The notes under the pieces: generated by a model
Told to the model about the DNA's origin: nothing
What the model saw: only the letters and a program-made list of their open reading frames with translations
The model's database searches: none
DNA from: an uncultured Synergistaceae bacterium
GTDB taxonomy: Bacteria; Synergistota; Synergistia; Synergistales; 79-D21
Assembly (NCBI GenBank): GCA_964521575.1
Contig: CAZFSR010000009.1
Coordinates: forward strand, 10,055 to 74,054
DNA: 64,000 nucleotides
Direction: 5' to 3'
Shown: piece by piece, positions 56,262 through 64,000 of the stretch
Layout of the letters: each line of letters opens with the position of its first letter
Numbering within the stretch: position 1 is the stretch's first letter
Position numbers and translations under genes: made by a program

Positions 56262-57542
56262 TCAGAACCTTTTCCGGGTCAGCCACGACCGGGCTTCGGC
56301 CGGGGTGGAGATTTCCCCGCGGATAACGGCTTCATCGAGCCTGGCGAGGATTTCCCCGACCTGCGGGCCTTCGGGAAGGTCCAGGATTTCCATCACTTCC
56401 CGCCCATCCAGGAGATGCCCGGCCTGCTCGAGGCGGAAAAGGGCGGCGATCGCGCGAGCCCGGTTTTCCATCCAGGGCATGAGCCGTCCGCTTCCGGCCA
56501 GGACATCGGCGTAGCCCAGGACGAAAAGGCGTTCAAGCCAGGCTCCCCCGAAAGCCCTGATCTGTTGGGCCAGCCCGGCCTCGGGCCATGCGGCCGACGG
56601 CAGCCTGTGCCATCTCACGAGGTTGGCGACGGTTTCCGAGAAATCCTGCGGCCAGGCCCACCGGCGGGCCATATCCCTGGCGAGTTCCGCGCCGTCCCGT
56701 TCATGCCCGGTGAACCGGCTCTCCTCCCCTTCCCCAGGCGCACTCTGCGCCTTCGCGACGTCATGCAGGAGGGCTGCGGCCCGGACAGCGGGGTCGGGGG
56801 TCAGTTTCTGGGCGGTATCGAGACAGAGCCTCGTATGGAGGTAGGCATCCCCTTCAGGGTGCTTCTCGGGATCCTGCTCGATTCCCTTCAGGGCTTCGAT
56901 TTCCGGCAGGATCGCCCCCAGCAGGCCTGTCCCGTTGAGCATGTCGAGGAACAGCCCGATGTCCCCTTCCAGGGCTTTCATGATTTCCCGGCCGATTCGC
57001 TCCCCGGGCACGCGGGCGAGCCTCCTGTAGAGTTCCGGGTCGCGGCAGGCGGATTCGGAGTCCGGAGCAACGGTGAAGAGGGGAAGGGTGGCGGCGAAGC
57101 GGAAAAGGCGGATTGCCCTAACGGCATCCTCCTGCAGGCGGTCCGAGGCCCTCCCGTTGAAGCGGAGGCGACGACGGGTCAGGTCCTTTTCCCCTCCCCG
57201 CGGGTCCACCAGGGTTCCGAGGCGGGTCATCGCCATCGCGTTGACGGTGAAGTCACGCCGGGCGAGATCGTGATCGAGGCTGAAGCCGCAATAGGAGCAG
57301 AATTCCACGGGAACCTTGCCGCACTGGAGGAGGGCCGTCTGCAGGGGGGGCTTCCCGACCGGCTTCGCTCCCGGCCACAGGCGCAGGACGACTTCGAGGG
57401 GAGCGGAGGTCGAGATGTCCACATCGGTCACCGGGAGTCCCAGGAAGAGGTCCCGGACGGCTCCCCCGACGAGGGCGGCCTCGTAGCCCTCCGTTTCCAG
57501 CGCAAGCAGCCATTCAAGGGCAGTCTGGATTTCAAGCTTCAT
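56262..57542 (-). CDS. class II tRNA nucleotidyltransferase with HD domain (flexible loop absent; CC-adding-like)
   Basis: VGGAVRD, DVD, DLARRDFTVNA, EDAVRAIR, ERIGRE, LLHDVAK. Confidence 0.85.
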   Translation of the reverse strand: MKLEIQTALEWLLALETEGYEAALVGGAVRDLFLGLPVTDVDISTSAPLEVVLRLWPGAKPVGKPPLQTALLQCGKVPVEFCSYCGFSLDHDLARRDFTVNAMAMTRLGTLVDPRGGEKDLTRRRLRFNGRASDRLQEDAVRAIRLFRFAATLPLFTVAPDSESACRDPELYRRLARVPGERIGREIMKALEGDIGLFLDMLNGTGLLGAILPEIEALKGIEQDPEKHPEGDAYLHTRLCLDTAQKLTPDPAVRAAALLHDVAKAQSAPGEGEESRFTGHERDGAELARDMARRWAWPQDFSETVANLVRWHRLPSAAWPEAGLAQQIRAFGGAWLERLFVLGYADVLAGSGRLMPWMENRARAIAALFRLEQAGHLLDGREVMEILDLPEGPQVGEILARLDEAVIRGEISTPAEARSWLTRKRF

Positions 57543-57578
57543 CTGATCACCCCCTCACCGTAAAGTATAGCAGAGGGC

Positions 57579-57633
57579 AAGGAACAAGAAGAGGCTCCCC
57601 GTGGTTTCCCGGGGAGCCTCTTCTTGTTCCTTC
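57579..57633. repeat. 23-bp perfect inverted repeat with a 9-nt loop
   Basis: AAGGAACAAGAAGAGGCTCCCCG / CGGGGAGCCTCTTCTTGTTCCTT. Confidence 0.88.
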
Positions 57634-57669
57634 AGGGGGAATTCGAAAGCCGGGTGGAAGAAAAACGGA

Positions 57670-57843
57670 TTACTGCGAGATCGCGCTGACGGGGCAGGTG
57701 GCCACGCAGGCGCCGCACTCCACGCAGCTGTCCGGGTCGACGAAAGCCTTGCCGTCAACCATGCTGATGGCGGTGACGGGGCAGACTCCCACGCAAGCTT
57801 CGCAAGCGATGCAGGTATCCTTGTCGACAACAGCCTTTGCCAT
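57670..57843 (-). CDS. 2[4Fe-4S] ferredoxin (57 aa)
   Basis: CIACEACVGVCP and CVECGACVATCP; GAGGAGGG RBS. Confidence 0.95.
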   Translation of the reverse strand: MAKAVVDKDTCIACEACVGVCPVTAISMVDGKAFVDPDSCVECGACVATCPVSAISQ

Positions 57844-58013
57844 AACTTTTCCCTCCTCATGAATTTTTCGAAAGGCGATCGGCCCCATCGGGACCTGAGC
57901 GCATTCTAACCGATACGAAAGGAGAAATGCAAATGGCGGTCCTCCTTGGGACGCGCCGTTCCCCTTATAATGAAAAAGCGATGGAAAACAGCGAAGGACG
58001 GAGGTCGAGAGGA

Positions 58014-58529
58014 ATGCCGGAACCGGAGGATCTTCAGATCGAACTTTTTGAAGGGGCGAAAGAGAGAAAGTCTGGCAGCGCGGGCGGCAAGGCGGCTTCG
58101 AGGCGAAGGACGGTCCTCGAGGCGCTCGACAAGAACCTCAGGAGCATCTGGGAGGCCAACGTCGACCTTTACAGGGCCACCACGGCCGACGAAGTGACGT
58201 TCTTCGAATGGTACATCAGCCCCGACCGCATCGACGGGATCGACTTCCACCTAAGGGAAATCAAGGTCCACGCCTCGGTTTTGGCCGAAGGGGGCAAGAT
58301 CGAGCACGAGATCATGAACCCGCGGGTCCAGTTTTACGGCCCAGTGGCGATCGTCACCTACACGCTGATGATCCGGTCGGTTTCCGTGGGAAAGGTCACG
58401 CACAGGAGCCACCATGAAACCCGTGTCTTCCATGAAACCGGCACGGCGGACGCGCCAGAGTGGAAACTCGTCCACTGCCACAAGTCACCCGTGAGCACCG
58501 TCGATAGCCTGGGAGTCCTGAGAGGCTGA
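58014..58529 (+). CDS. NTF2-like (DUF4440) protein resembling the CaMKII association/hub domain
   Basis: GIDFH, IMNPRVQFYG, AIVTY, ETRVFH, WKLVHCHKS; start could be 57981. Confidence 0.7.
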   Translation: MPEPEDLQIELFEGAKERKSGSAGGKAASRRRTVLEALDKNLRSIWEANVDLYRATTADEVTFFEWYISPDRIDGIDFHLREIKVHASVLAEGGKIEHEIMNPRVQFYGPVAIVTYTLMIRSVSVGKVTHRSHHETRVFHETGTADAPEWKLVHCHKSPVSTVDSLGVLRG

Positions 58530-59623
58530 TGGACCCTTCCCTGGCCCGGAAACTCCTGGAATGGTTTTCCGCCAAGGCAAGGGAACTGCCTTGGCGAACC
58601 ACCCGTGATCCCTACGCGATCCTCGTCTCGGAGGTCATGCTCCAGCAGACCCAGGTGGATACGGTCATCCCCGCCTACGGCAGGTGGATGCGGACCTTCC
58701 CGGATGTCCAGGCCCTCGCGGGAGCGAACCAGGAAGAAGTCCTGAAAGCCTGGGAAGGGTTGGGCTACTATTCCCGGGCCCTCAACCTGCAGCGCGCAGC
58801 GCGCCTTGTCGTGGAGCACCACGGCGGCCGCATCCCGCGCGAGGAAGAAGACCTGCTGGCGCTCCCGGGCATCGGCCGGTACACGGCCGGGGCGGTCCAG
58901 AGCATCGCTTTCGGCCTGCCCAGGGCTGCCATCGACGGGAACGTCGAGCGGGTTTTCTGCCGTTTCCTCGATCTCGATACGCCCGCCCGGGAACGACGGA
59001 ACCAGGCCCTTTTCGGGAGGATCATCCGGGAGATGATGCTCGAAGGGCCTCCAGGGGAGGTGACCCAGGCCCTGATGGAGCTTGGGGCCCTGGTTTGCCT
59101 TCCCAGGAAACCCCGATGCGGCGAGTGCCCGATGGGGGCAGGCTGCCTGGCGAAAACCCGCGGTACGGTCCTGAAGCGGCCCGTACCGCGAAAAAGGAAA
59201 CCGGCCCAGGCGATCCAGGCCGCCGTGTGCATCCTGACGGACGGAAAGCGGATCTTCCTCCAGAAGAGACCCCCGGTGGGATTGATGGCCAACCTGTGGG
59301 AGTTCCCGGGAGGGAAGCTGGAAGCCGGGGAAACGCCGAAGGAGGCCCTGAGACGCGAACTTTACGAAGAGCTCGGGATCCTGGTCAGGGGGGAGAAAAA
59401 GGTCGGGACCATCCGGCATGCCTACACTTCCTTTTCCGTGACGCTCCACGTGTACCAGGCCAGGGTCGAGGAAGCCCCGAACCTGCCGGGGCCTGCGGAC
59501 GGGCCGGTCCTTCCCTCGGGCTGGTTCACTCCGGGTGAGGCTCGGAACCTGCCGATGCCCGCGGCAAACGTGAAGATCCTGGCAAATTGGGTGGATGAGG
59601 CCGAGGGGAGTTCGGAAATTTAG
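58529..59623 (+). CDS. mutY: A/G-specific adenine glycosylase with a C-terminal Nudix domain
   Basis: LPWR, SEVMLQQT, GLGYYSRA, LPGIGRYTA, IDGNV, Cx6Cx2Cx5C; Nudix box. Confidence 0.95.
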   Translation: MDPSLARKLLEWFSAKARELPWRTTRDPYAILVSEVMLQQTQVDTVIPAYGRWMRTFPDVQALAGANQEEVLKAWEGLGYYSRALNLQRAARLVVEHHGGRIPREEEDLLALPGIGRYTAGAVQSIAFGLPRAAIDGNVERVFCRFLDLDTPARERRNQALFGRIIREMMLEGPPGEVTQALMELGALVCLPRKPRCGECPMGAGCLAKTRGTVLKRPVPRKRKPAQAIQAAVCILTDGKRIFLQKRPPVGLMANLWEFPGGKLEAGETPKEALRRELYEELGILVRGEKKVGTIRHAYTSFSVTLHVYQARVEEAPNLPGPADGPVLPSGWFTPGEARNLPMPAANVKILANWVDEAEGSSEI

Positions 59624-59635
59624 CTCTTGCGCATG

Positions 59636-59663
59636 TTGCACAGATAGGGTGTCAGCGTATAAT
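59636..59663 (+). promoter_or_regulatory. sigma70-like promoter
   Basis: TTGCAC-16 bp-TATAAT. Confidence 0.55.
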
Positions 59664-59694
59664 GATTCTATAACCACTTAAAGGGGTGATCGGA

Positions 59695-59985
59695 ATGGGT
59701 GAGCACGATCTGCAGATGGAGCTTGAGTCGCTCAAGGGAGAATTGGGCAAGCTTCGCTCGGACCTGGAGGAACTGAAGGGGCCCGTAAAGGGGATCGCGT
59801 GTGCCTTGAAGGAGAACCTGGCGGAAGCGCTCGGCGCCGGTTTCGAGAAGGCGAAGGTATCCGGGAAGAAGGCGGTCGAGGTCGTGGAGACCACGGTCGA
59901 GGAAAAGCCGCTCCAGTCCGTCCTGGTCGCCTTCGGAGTGGGGTTGCTGCTCGGCAAGCTGCTTGACATGTCCCACCGGAGGTAG
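59695..59985 (+). CDS. DUF883/ElaB/YqjD-like tail-anchored protein
   Basis: N-terminal coiled coil; KPLQSVLVAFGVGLLLGKLL tail anchor. Confidence 0.82.
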   Translation: MGEHDLQMELESLKGELGKLRSDLEELKGPVKGIACALKENLAEALGAGFEKAKVSGKKAVEVVETTVEEKPLQSVLVAFGVGLLLGKLLDMSHRR

Positions 59986-59992
59986 TCCCTCC

Positions 59993-60271
59993 ATGGGCTT
60001 GGGGAGGCTGGTGGTTTCGTTCCTGGAACTGCTGGAGGCAGAGGTCCGGGCCCTGGGGGCCGGCCTTCTCGACCTGAAAATCGCCTCCATCCTCGCCTGG
60101 GTTGCCGGCTGCCTCGTTCTCCTGGGCTTTTCGCTCGTGGTGATGGGGTTCTATCTTACCTTGCGGAGCGGGATGTCCGGCCCTGCCGCGCTCGTGGTTA
60201 CCGGCCTGGCGACCCTGGCCGTCTCGGGAGGACTTCTATGGAGCGCCCGGAAGATCGTCCGGCGAGCTTAG
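59993..60271 (+). CDS. YqjE/holin-like two-TM protein
   Basis: ELLEAE then two TMs; typical position after elaB. Confidence 0.65.
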   Translation: MGLGRLVVSFLELLEAEVRALGAGLLDLKIASILAWVAGCLVLLGFSLVVMGFYLTLRSGMSGPAALVVTGLATLAVSGGLLWSARKIVRRA

Positions 60272-60507
60272 AACAGGCAAAAGCCCGTTTCCTCGAAGAA
60301 GCGGGAAGGCTGACACCGTCGGCATGGATCAGGGAGCACCCGGACGCCGCACTAGGCGGTGCGTTTGCGGCAGGTTTCCTCTTTGGTTGCTCCCCTGACG
60401 CGCAGGAGGCCGTGCTCCGGAACGCTCAATCGGGCTTCAAGCTGGCAGCGGCGTTCCTGGCCGGATTGAAGGATTCCGCCGGGGGACGCGAAAAAACCGA
60501 AGCCTGA
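60238..60507 (+). CDS. YqjK-like small protein
   Basis: WIREHPDAALGGAFAAGFLFG; third gene of the elaB-like operon. Confidence 0.55.
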   Translation: MERPEDRPASLEQAKARFLEEAGRLTPSAWIREHPDAALGGAFAAGFLFGCSPDAQEAVLRNAQSGFKLAAAFLAGLKDSAGGREKTEA

Positions 60508-60510
60508 ACG

Positions 60511-60546
60511 AAAAAGCCGGCCCCGACTGGTCGGGGCCGGCTTTTT
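60511..60546. terminator. bidirectional intrinsic terminator
   Basis: AAAAAGCCGGCCCCGAC-TG-GTCGGGGCCGGCTTTTT between convergent genes. Confidence 0.9.
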
Positions 60547-61575
60547 TCATCCTTCTTCGGGTGTTTCCCAATCCAGCCCGGGAGGGAGTTCCGGCTTGGG
60601 GTCCCGGAGGAAAAGCGCCTCCAGGACGCGGGCCGGGGGGACGGAATCGTAAAGGACCCGGTGGATGGCCTCGGCGAGAGGCAACTCGACGTTCAGTTCC
60701 CGTGCGAGGGCGACGACGGCCTTTACGGTAGTGGCGCCTTCGGCGACCTGCCCAAGGCTTTCGAGAGCCGCTTCGAGGGAAAGGCCTTCGCCCAGGGCAA
60801 GTCCCAGCCGGAAATTCCGGGAGTGGTGGCTGTAGCAGGTGACCATCAGGTCTCCGACCCCCGCCAGTCCCGCGAGGGTGAGCGGGCGGGCCCCGAGACG
60901 GGCCCCCAGGCGCATCGTTTCCGCAAGCCCGCGGCTCACGAGGGCAGCCACGGCGTTGTCGCCGAGGCCCATCGCCCGGGCCACGCCGGCGGCGACAGCC
61001 ATCACGTTCTTGACGGCTCCTCCCACCTCCACGCCCACGACATCCGTACCGGTGTAGACCCGGAAGGTGCCCCCGTTCAGGAGACCCTGCCAGAGCGCGG
61101 CTTCCCCGCCGTCGGAAGAGGCCACGACCACGGCCGTCGGCTGTCCCTTGATCACTTCCTCGGCATGGCTGGGCCCGGAAAGGACGGAGTAGCGGGCCTG
61201 GGGGAGGATTTCCTTGACGATTTCGTGTATCAGCTTCCGGGAGCCGATCTCGATCCCCTTCGCCGCGTTGCAGGCGGAAAGCCCCGATGGGGAAAGCGGG
61301 GCAAGCCTCAGCAGGGTCTCACGAAGGGACTGCGTCGGGATGGCGAGGATCCACCGCCCTGAATGCGAAGCCGCTTCCCCGATATCCGAGGTGGCGTCCA
61401 GGGAGGGGTTCAGGGGTGCGTCGGAAAGATAGCGGGGGTTGTGGCCGGTGGCGTTGATGGCCCTTGCCTGGTCTTCATGGCGGCACCAAAGGACGACATC
61501 GTGTCCCCGCCTTGCCGCGAGGTCCGCCAGGGCGGTGCCCCAGCTTCCCGCACCGAAAACGGTGATCGTTTCCAT
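60547..61575 (-). CDS. gpsA: NAD(P)H-dependent glycerol-3-phosphate dehydrogenase
   Basis: GAGSWGTALA, LSGPSHA, GGAVKNV, GVGDLMVTC, SRN, VAEG. Confidence 0.95.
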   Translation of the reverse strand: METITVFGAGSWGTALADLAARRGHDVVLWCRHEDQARAINATGHNPRYLSDAPLNPSLDATSDIGEAASHSGRWILAIPTQSLRETLLRLAPLSPSGLSACNAAKGIEIGSRKLIHEIVKEILPQARYSVLSGPSHAEEVIKGQPTAVVVASSDGGEAALWQGLLNGGTFRVYTGTDVVGVEVGGAVKNVMAVAAGVARAMGLGDNAVAALVSRGLAETMRLGARLGARPLTLAGLAGVGDLMVTCYSHHSRNFRLGLALGEGLSLEAALESLGQVAEGATTVKAVVALARELNVELPLAEAIHRVLYDSVPPARVLEALFLRDPKPELPPGLDWETPEEG

Positions 61576-61769
61576 TCGGATCCCTCCAGGATGGGTGTGT
61601 TTGCCGAACCGGGACGAGTTCACTTTAGCACGAAACCCGATGTGGGTGCCGGCAGGAATTTCGGTGGGAGAACCCTAAACAAAAGGGCAAAGTATCCTGT
61701 ATAATCAACCGGATTTTTGGGGACTCATCCCCGGAACAGGGGCATCGTCCCCGAAGAAGGAGGATCCCA

Positions 61770-62810
61770 ATGGAACGTTTGACACTCACCCTGGGTGACG
61801 GCACGGCGTGGACGGGCTTTTCCGCCAATGGCCTACTGGAGGCCGAAGGAGAGGTTGTCTTCACGACCGCCAGCTGCGGTTACCCCCAATCGTTGACGGA
61901 CCCTTCCTACAACGGGCAGGTCCTGGTTTTTGCCTTCCCGCTGGTGGGCAACTACGGGGTGGACGAAGACAGGCTGGAAAGCGGAAGACCGTGGGTGAGG
62001 GCGGTCCTTGCCGGGTCCCTCACGGGGGAGACGCGGCTGGGGCCGAGGGTCGAGGAGTGGCTGGCCCGTTGGGGAATTCCGGCGGTCACGGGTGTCGACA
62101 CAAGGGCTCTCATCAGGCACCTGCGGGAAAAGGGAACCGCCATGGGACGGCTGTCCGCCAGGGCGGAACCTCCAACGGGGACGGACCTCCCCCACGACCT
62201 GGCGATCCAGGTTTCCGTCCCGGAACTGAAGGTACACAACGAATCGGGTGGAGGGCCGCGCATCGCCCTGCTCGATTACGGGGTAAAGGCCAACATCATC
62301 CGCGAGCTTGTCCGGAGGGGCTGCACCGTTTTCCAGTGTCCGGCCGGCCTTGACGCGGCCGACATCCTGTCCCTTCGGCCGGACGGCGTGATCCTGAGCA
62401 ACGGCCCGGGAGATCCGGCCTGGCTGGTTTCCCAGGTGAAGGCGGTCTCGAACCTCCTCGGCCGGATCCCGCTCTGGGGCATCTGCCTGGGGCTGCAGGT
62501 GATGGCCCTGGCTGCCGGGGCGAAAACCTACAAGCTGCCTTACGGCCACCGCGGAGTGAACCATGCCGTCGCGGAGACGGGAGGCCGCAAAGGCTGGATC
62601 ACCAGCCAGAACCACGGCTACGCCGCCGACGGGAAAAGCCTGCGGGGCACGGGGTTTTCCGTTTCCCTGGTCCACCTGGGGGACGGCAGCGTGGAGGGCA
62701 TCAAAAGCGAGCGGCACCGGGCCTGGGCGGTACAGTTTCATCCTGAGGCCTGCGCCGGGCCGCGCGACACGGGGTTCCTTTTCGACGAATTCCTGGAGGG
62801 GCTGAAATAG
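61770..62810 (+). CDS. carA: carbamoyl-phosphate synthase small subunit
   Basis: GEVVFTT, LTDPSY, LSNGPGDP, GICLG, SQNHGYA, QFHPE. Confidence 0.95.
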   Translation: MERLTLTLGDGTAWTGFSANGLLEAEGEVVFTTASCGYPQSLTDPSYNGQVLVFAFPLVGNYGVDEDRLESGRPWVRAVLAGSLTGETRLGPRVEEWLARWGIPAVTGVDTRALIRHLREKGTAMGRLSARAEPPTGTDLPHDLAIQVSVPELKVHNESGGGPRIALLDYGVKANIIRELVRRGCTVFQCPAGLDAADILSLRPDGVILSNGPGDPAWLVSQVKAVSNLLGRIPLWGICLGLQVMALAAGAKTYKLPYGHRGVNHAVAETGGRKGWITSQNHGYAADGKSLRGTGFSVSLVHLGDGSVEGIKSERHRAWAVQFHPEACAGPRDTGFLFDEFLEGLK

Positions 62811-64000
62811 ATGAAAACGTCCATGACGAAAACGATCCAGAGCGTACTGATCCTGGGGTCCGGCCCGATCCGCATAGGCCAGGCCGCGGAGTTCGACTAT
62901 TCCGGGAGCCAGGCCTGCCGGGCGCTGCAGGAAGAAGGCGTTCGCGTCATCCTCCTGAACAGCAACCCCGCGACGATCCAGACCGATCCGGGGCTGGCCG
63001 AGGTGATTTACCTTCGTCCGCTGACCCCGGAGGTGATCGAGGATATCCTGAAGGCCCACCGTCCGGACGGGGTCATCGCGACCCTGGGCGGGCAGACGGC
63101 GCTCAACCTCCTGGTGGAACTCCACCGGCGGGGAACGTGGGAGCGCTACGGGACTCTCCCCCTGGGAACGCCTCCCGAAACGGTGGATCGGGCGGAGGGG
63201 CGGGAGCCTTTTCGCGACCTGATGAAGTCTATCGGGGAACCGGTCGTGGAAAGCCGGATCGTGACGAAGCCGCAGGAGGCCCTGGAGTTTGCGGGAACCG
63301 TGCCGTTTCCCCTGGTCATCCGGCCTGATTTCACCCTGGGCGGGACGGGAGGCGGCGTGGCTTTTGACGAAAGCTCGCTTGTCGAACGGGTGCTGGAAGG
63401 CGTCGCGGCTTCCCCGACGAACCGGGTGTTGGTGGAACGATATCTTTCCGGCTGGTACGAAGTCGAGCTGGAAATCGTCAGGGACGGGTTCGGGAACGCC
63501 CTTTGCGTCTGCGGCATGGAGAACGTCGACCCGATGGGGATCCATACCGGGGACAGCGTCGTGGTGGCGCCGGTCCTGACCCTGAGTGACAGCCAGTGGC
63601 AGCGGCTGAGGACGGCGGCCCTGCGTATCGTCGAGGCCCTGGATGTCCGGGGAGCCTGCAACGTCCAGTTCGCGGCCTCTCCCGACATGGAGGAATACGC
63701 GGTTATCGAGGTGAACCCGAGGGCCAGCCGGTCCAGCGCCCTGGCCAGCAAGGCCACGGGCTACCCCATCGCCCGCATGGCCGCCAAGATCGCCCTAGGG
63801 AAATCCCTGGCCGAGATGCCCAACCCTGTGACGGGGGTCGGGAGCGCCCTCTCGGAGCCGGCCCTGGACTACGTGGCGGTGAAGTTTCCCCGCTGGCCTT
63901 TCGACAAGTTTCCCGACGCAGATCCCACCCTTGGCACCAGGATGAAGTCGACGGGAGAGGTGCTCGCCCTGGGGCCGAATTTCGCCCAGGCTCTCCTGAA
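62811..64000 (+). CDS. carB: carbamoyl-phosphate synthase large subunit (3'-truncated by window edge)
   Basis: Manual translation stays open to the edge: GSGPIRIGQAAEFDYSG, GIHTGDS, IEVNPRASRSSALASKATGYPIA, MKSTGEV. Confidence 0.95.
   Translation, partial: MKTSMTKTIQSVLILGSGPIRIGQAAEFDYSGSQACRALQEEGVRVILLNSNPATIQTDPGLAEVIYLRPLTPEVIEDILKAHRPDGVIATLGGQTALNLLVELHRRGTWERYGTLPLGTPPETVDRAEGREPFRDLMKSIGEPVVESRIVTKPQEALEFAGTVPFPLVIRPDFTLGGTGGGVAFDESSLVERVLEGVAASPTNRVLVERYLSGWYEVELEIVRDGFGNALCVCGMENVDPMGIHTGDSVVVAPVLTLSDSQWQRLRTAALRIVEALDVRGACNVQFAASPDMEEYAVIEVNPRASRSSALASKATGYPIARMAAKIALGKSLAEMPNPVTGVGSALSEPALDYVAVKFPRWPFDKFPDADPTLGTRMKSTGEVLALGPNFAQALL

Noticed and set aside
55113-57563. 816-aa plus-strand ORF
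   Set aside because: Antisense shadow of the oxidoreductase and nucleotidyltransferase genes
61624-61650. CIRCE-like TTAGCAC motif upstream of gpsA
   Set aside because: The right arm and spacing do not match TTAGCACTC-N9-GAGTGCTAA, and no chaperone gene is nearby
61833-63545. 570-aa minus-strand ORF
   Set aside because: Antisense shadow of carA/carB

Overview
High-GC (about 60-70%) chromosomal segment of an anaerobic, probably diderm bacterium. The gene mix suggests Synergistota; this is inference only. In order: MBL hydrolase, sugar epimerase, a 1308-aa repeat-rich autotransporter, a PAS/HD-GYP protein, and a complete LysW-carrier operon (lysW-lysX-lysY-lysZ-lysJ-lysK) under a T-box with a second lysX/argX-like paralog upstream of the attenuator. 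Then ord, tex, M20 hydrolase, GH18, a glycosyltransferase trio with an AsnB-like ligase, porCDAB, and a lower-GC fucose/surface-glycan block (gmd, fcl, GTs, alpha-1,2-fucosyltransferase, MurJ-like flippase). Then mscL, purine permease plus PRTase, a roughly 6-kb cassette flanked by identical 26-bp direct repeats, MFS, nitroreductase, cupin, chrA pair, zur-znuACB, a loop-less tRNA nucleotidyltransferase, ferredoxin, a CaMKII-hub-like protein coupled to a MutY with an intact Nudix box, an elaB-like operon, gpsA, carA and partial carB. The 6-kb cassette encodes an ABC importer interleaved with a stand-alone A-PCP-TE NRPS and its own PPTase. Best candidates for an undescribed system: (1) the direct-repeat-flanked ABC importer/NRPS/PPTase cassette, whose A domain lacks the amino-binding Asp; (2) the two-ligase LysW operon with a T-box whose specifier region can be read as Arg or Lys. 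No tRNA, rRNA, CRISPR array, integrase or transposase was seen. All family calls come from motif recognition, not database searches.
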